Positions 63,984 through 64,000 of a DNA stretch of 64,000 nucleotides are shown here, piece by piece (within the stretch, counting starts at the first letter, position 1; each line of letters starts with the position of its first letter). The stretch spans positions 65,136-129,135 of the forward strand of contig JABIFX010000253.1 of the NCBI GenBank assembly GCA_018650445.1, written 5' to 3'. The notes under the pieces were generated by a model. That model had not been told where the DNA came from. It saw only the letters and a program-made list of their open reading frames with translations, and did not search any database. The position numbers and the translations under genes were made by a program. Source of the stretch: Fidelibacterota bacterium. Lineage in GTDB: Bacteria > Fidelibacterota > UBA8477 > JABMPR01.

Positions 63984-64000
63984 AGTATCAGCTAACCCCG

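Noticed and set aside
1-64000. Mobile elements, CRISPR arrays, tRNA/rRNA genes, prophage remnants
   Set aside because: I found no transposase, integrase or Cas-like ORFs, no regularly spaced direct repeats and no tRNA-like cloverleaf segments in the intergenic regions inspected. The only substantial repeat is the diverged tandem permease paralogy at 22269..26003.

Overview
This is a 64-kb bacterial chromosomal window. I saw no rRNA, tRNA, CRISPR array, transposase or integrase. TGA, TAA and TAG all end genes at natural positions, so the standard code applies. The taxon cannot be assigned from sequence alone. Left part (1-22 kb): a partial myo-inositol-1-phosphate synthase diverges from a PAP2-like membrane enzyme and a GNAT. 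Then come two-subunit class I fumarase, KorAB 2-oxoacid:ferredoxin oxidoreductase, a Lon-like protease, an aldehyde dehydrogenase, an acyl-CoA synthetase, two secreted proteins (dockerin; PKD plus beta-helix), a frameshifted Tat-signal LD-carboxypeptidase and a penicillin-acylase-family protein. Centre (22.3-48.6 kb): 27 consecutive minus-strand genes with very short gaps or overlaps. They encode an ArsR-type regulator, DsrE/TusA sulfur carriers, two GcvH-like lipoate-binding proteins, a small thioredoxin-like protein and an sHdr-type HdrC1-B1-A-hyp set followed by a fused HdrD-like subunit. They also encode EtfAB, a membrane-anchored HdrD paralogue, two lipoate-protein-ligase-like proteins, three radical SAM proteins, a Mo-bisPGD enzyme without a functional-looking Tat signal, a fused FeS/NrfD subunit, and two DASS-like transporters flanking a USP protein. 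I read this as a cytoplasmic sulfur-oxidation island of the sHdr-LbpA type in its less studied Etf-linked form, with several non-canonical features. The most unusual single observation is a TusA-fold gene between the HdrD-like gene and etfB (40882-41112, found by hand). One in-frame TGA interrupts it, coding potential continues after the TGA, and a SECIS-like hairpin lies downstream, so it is either a candidate selenoprotein or a very recent pseudogene. Right part: aconitase A, a TPR-esterase lipoprotein, RsmE, a GT-C membrane glycosyltransferase, a LytS/LytTR two-component pair, a LOG-family protein, an FMN-binding membrane protein, a ParB-like plus SPL-like radical SAM pair, and TonB-ExbD-ExbD. 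All functional calls come from motif recognition by eye, with no database search. Hand-derived coordinates may be off by a few nt.
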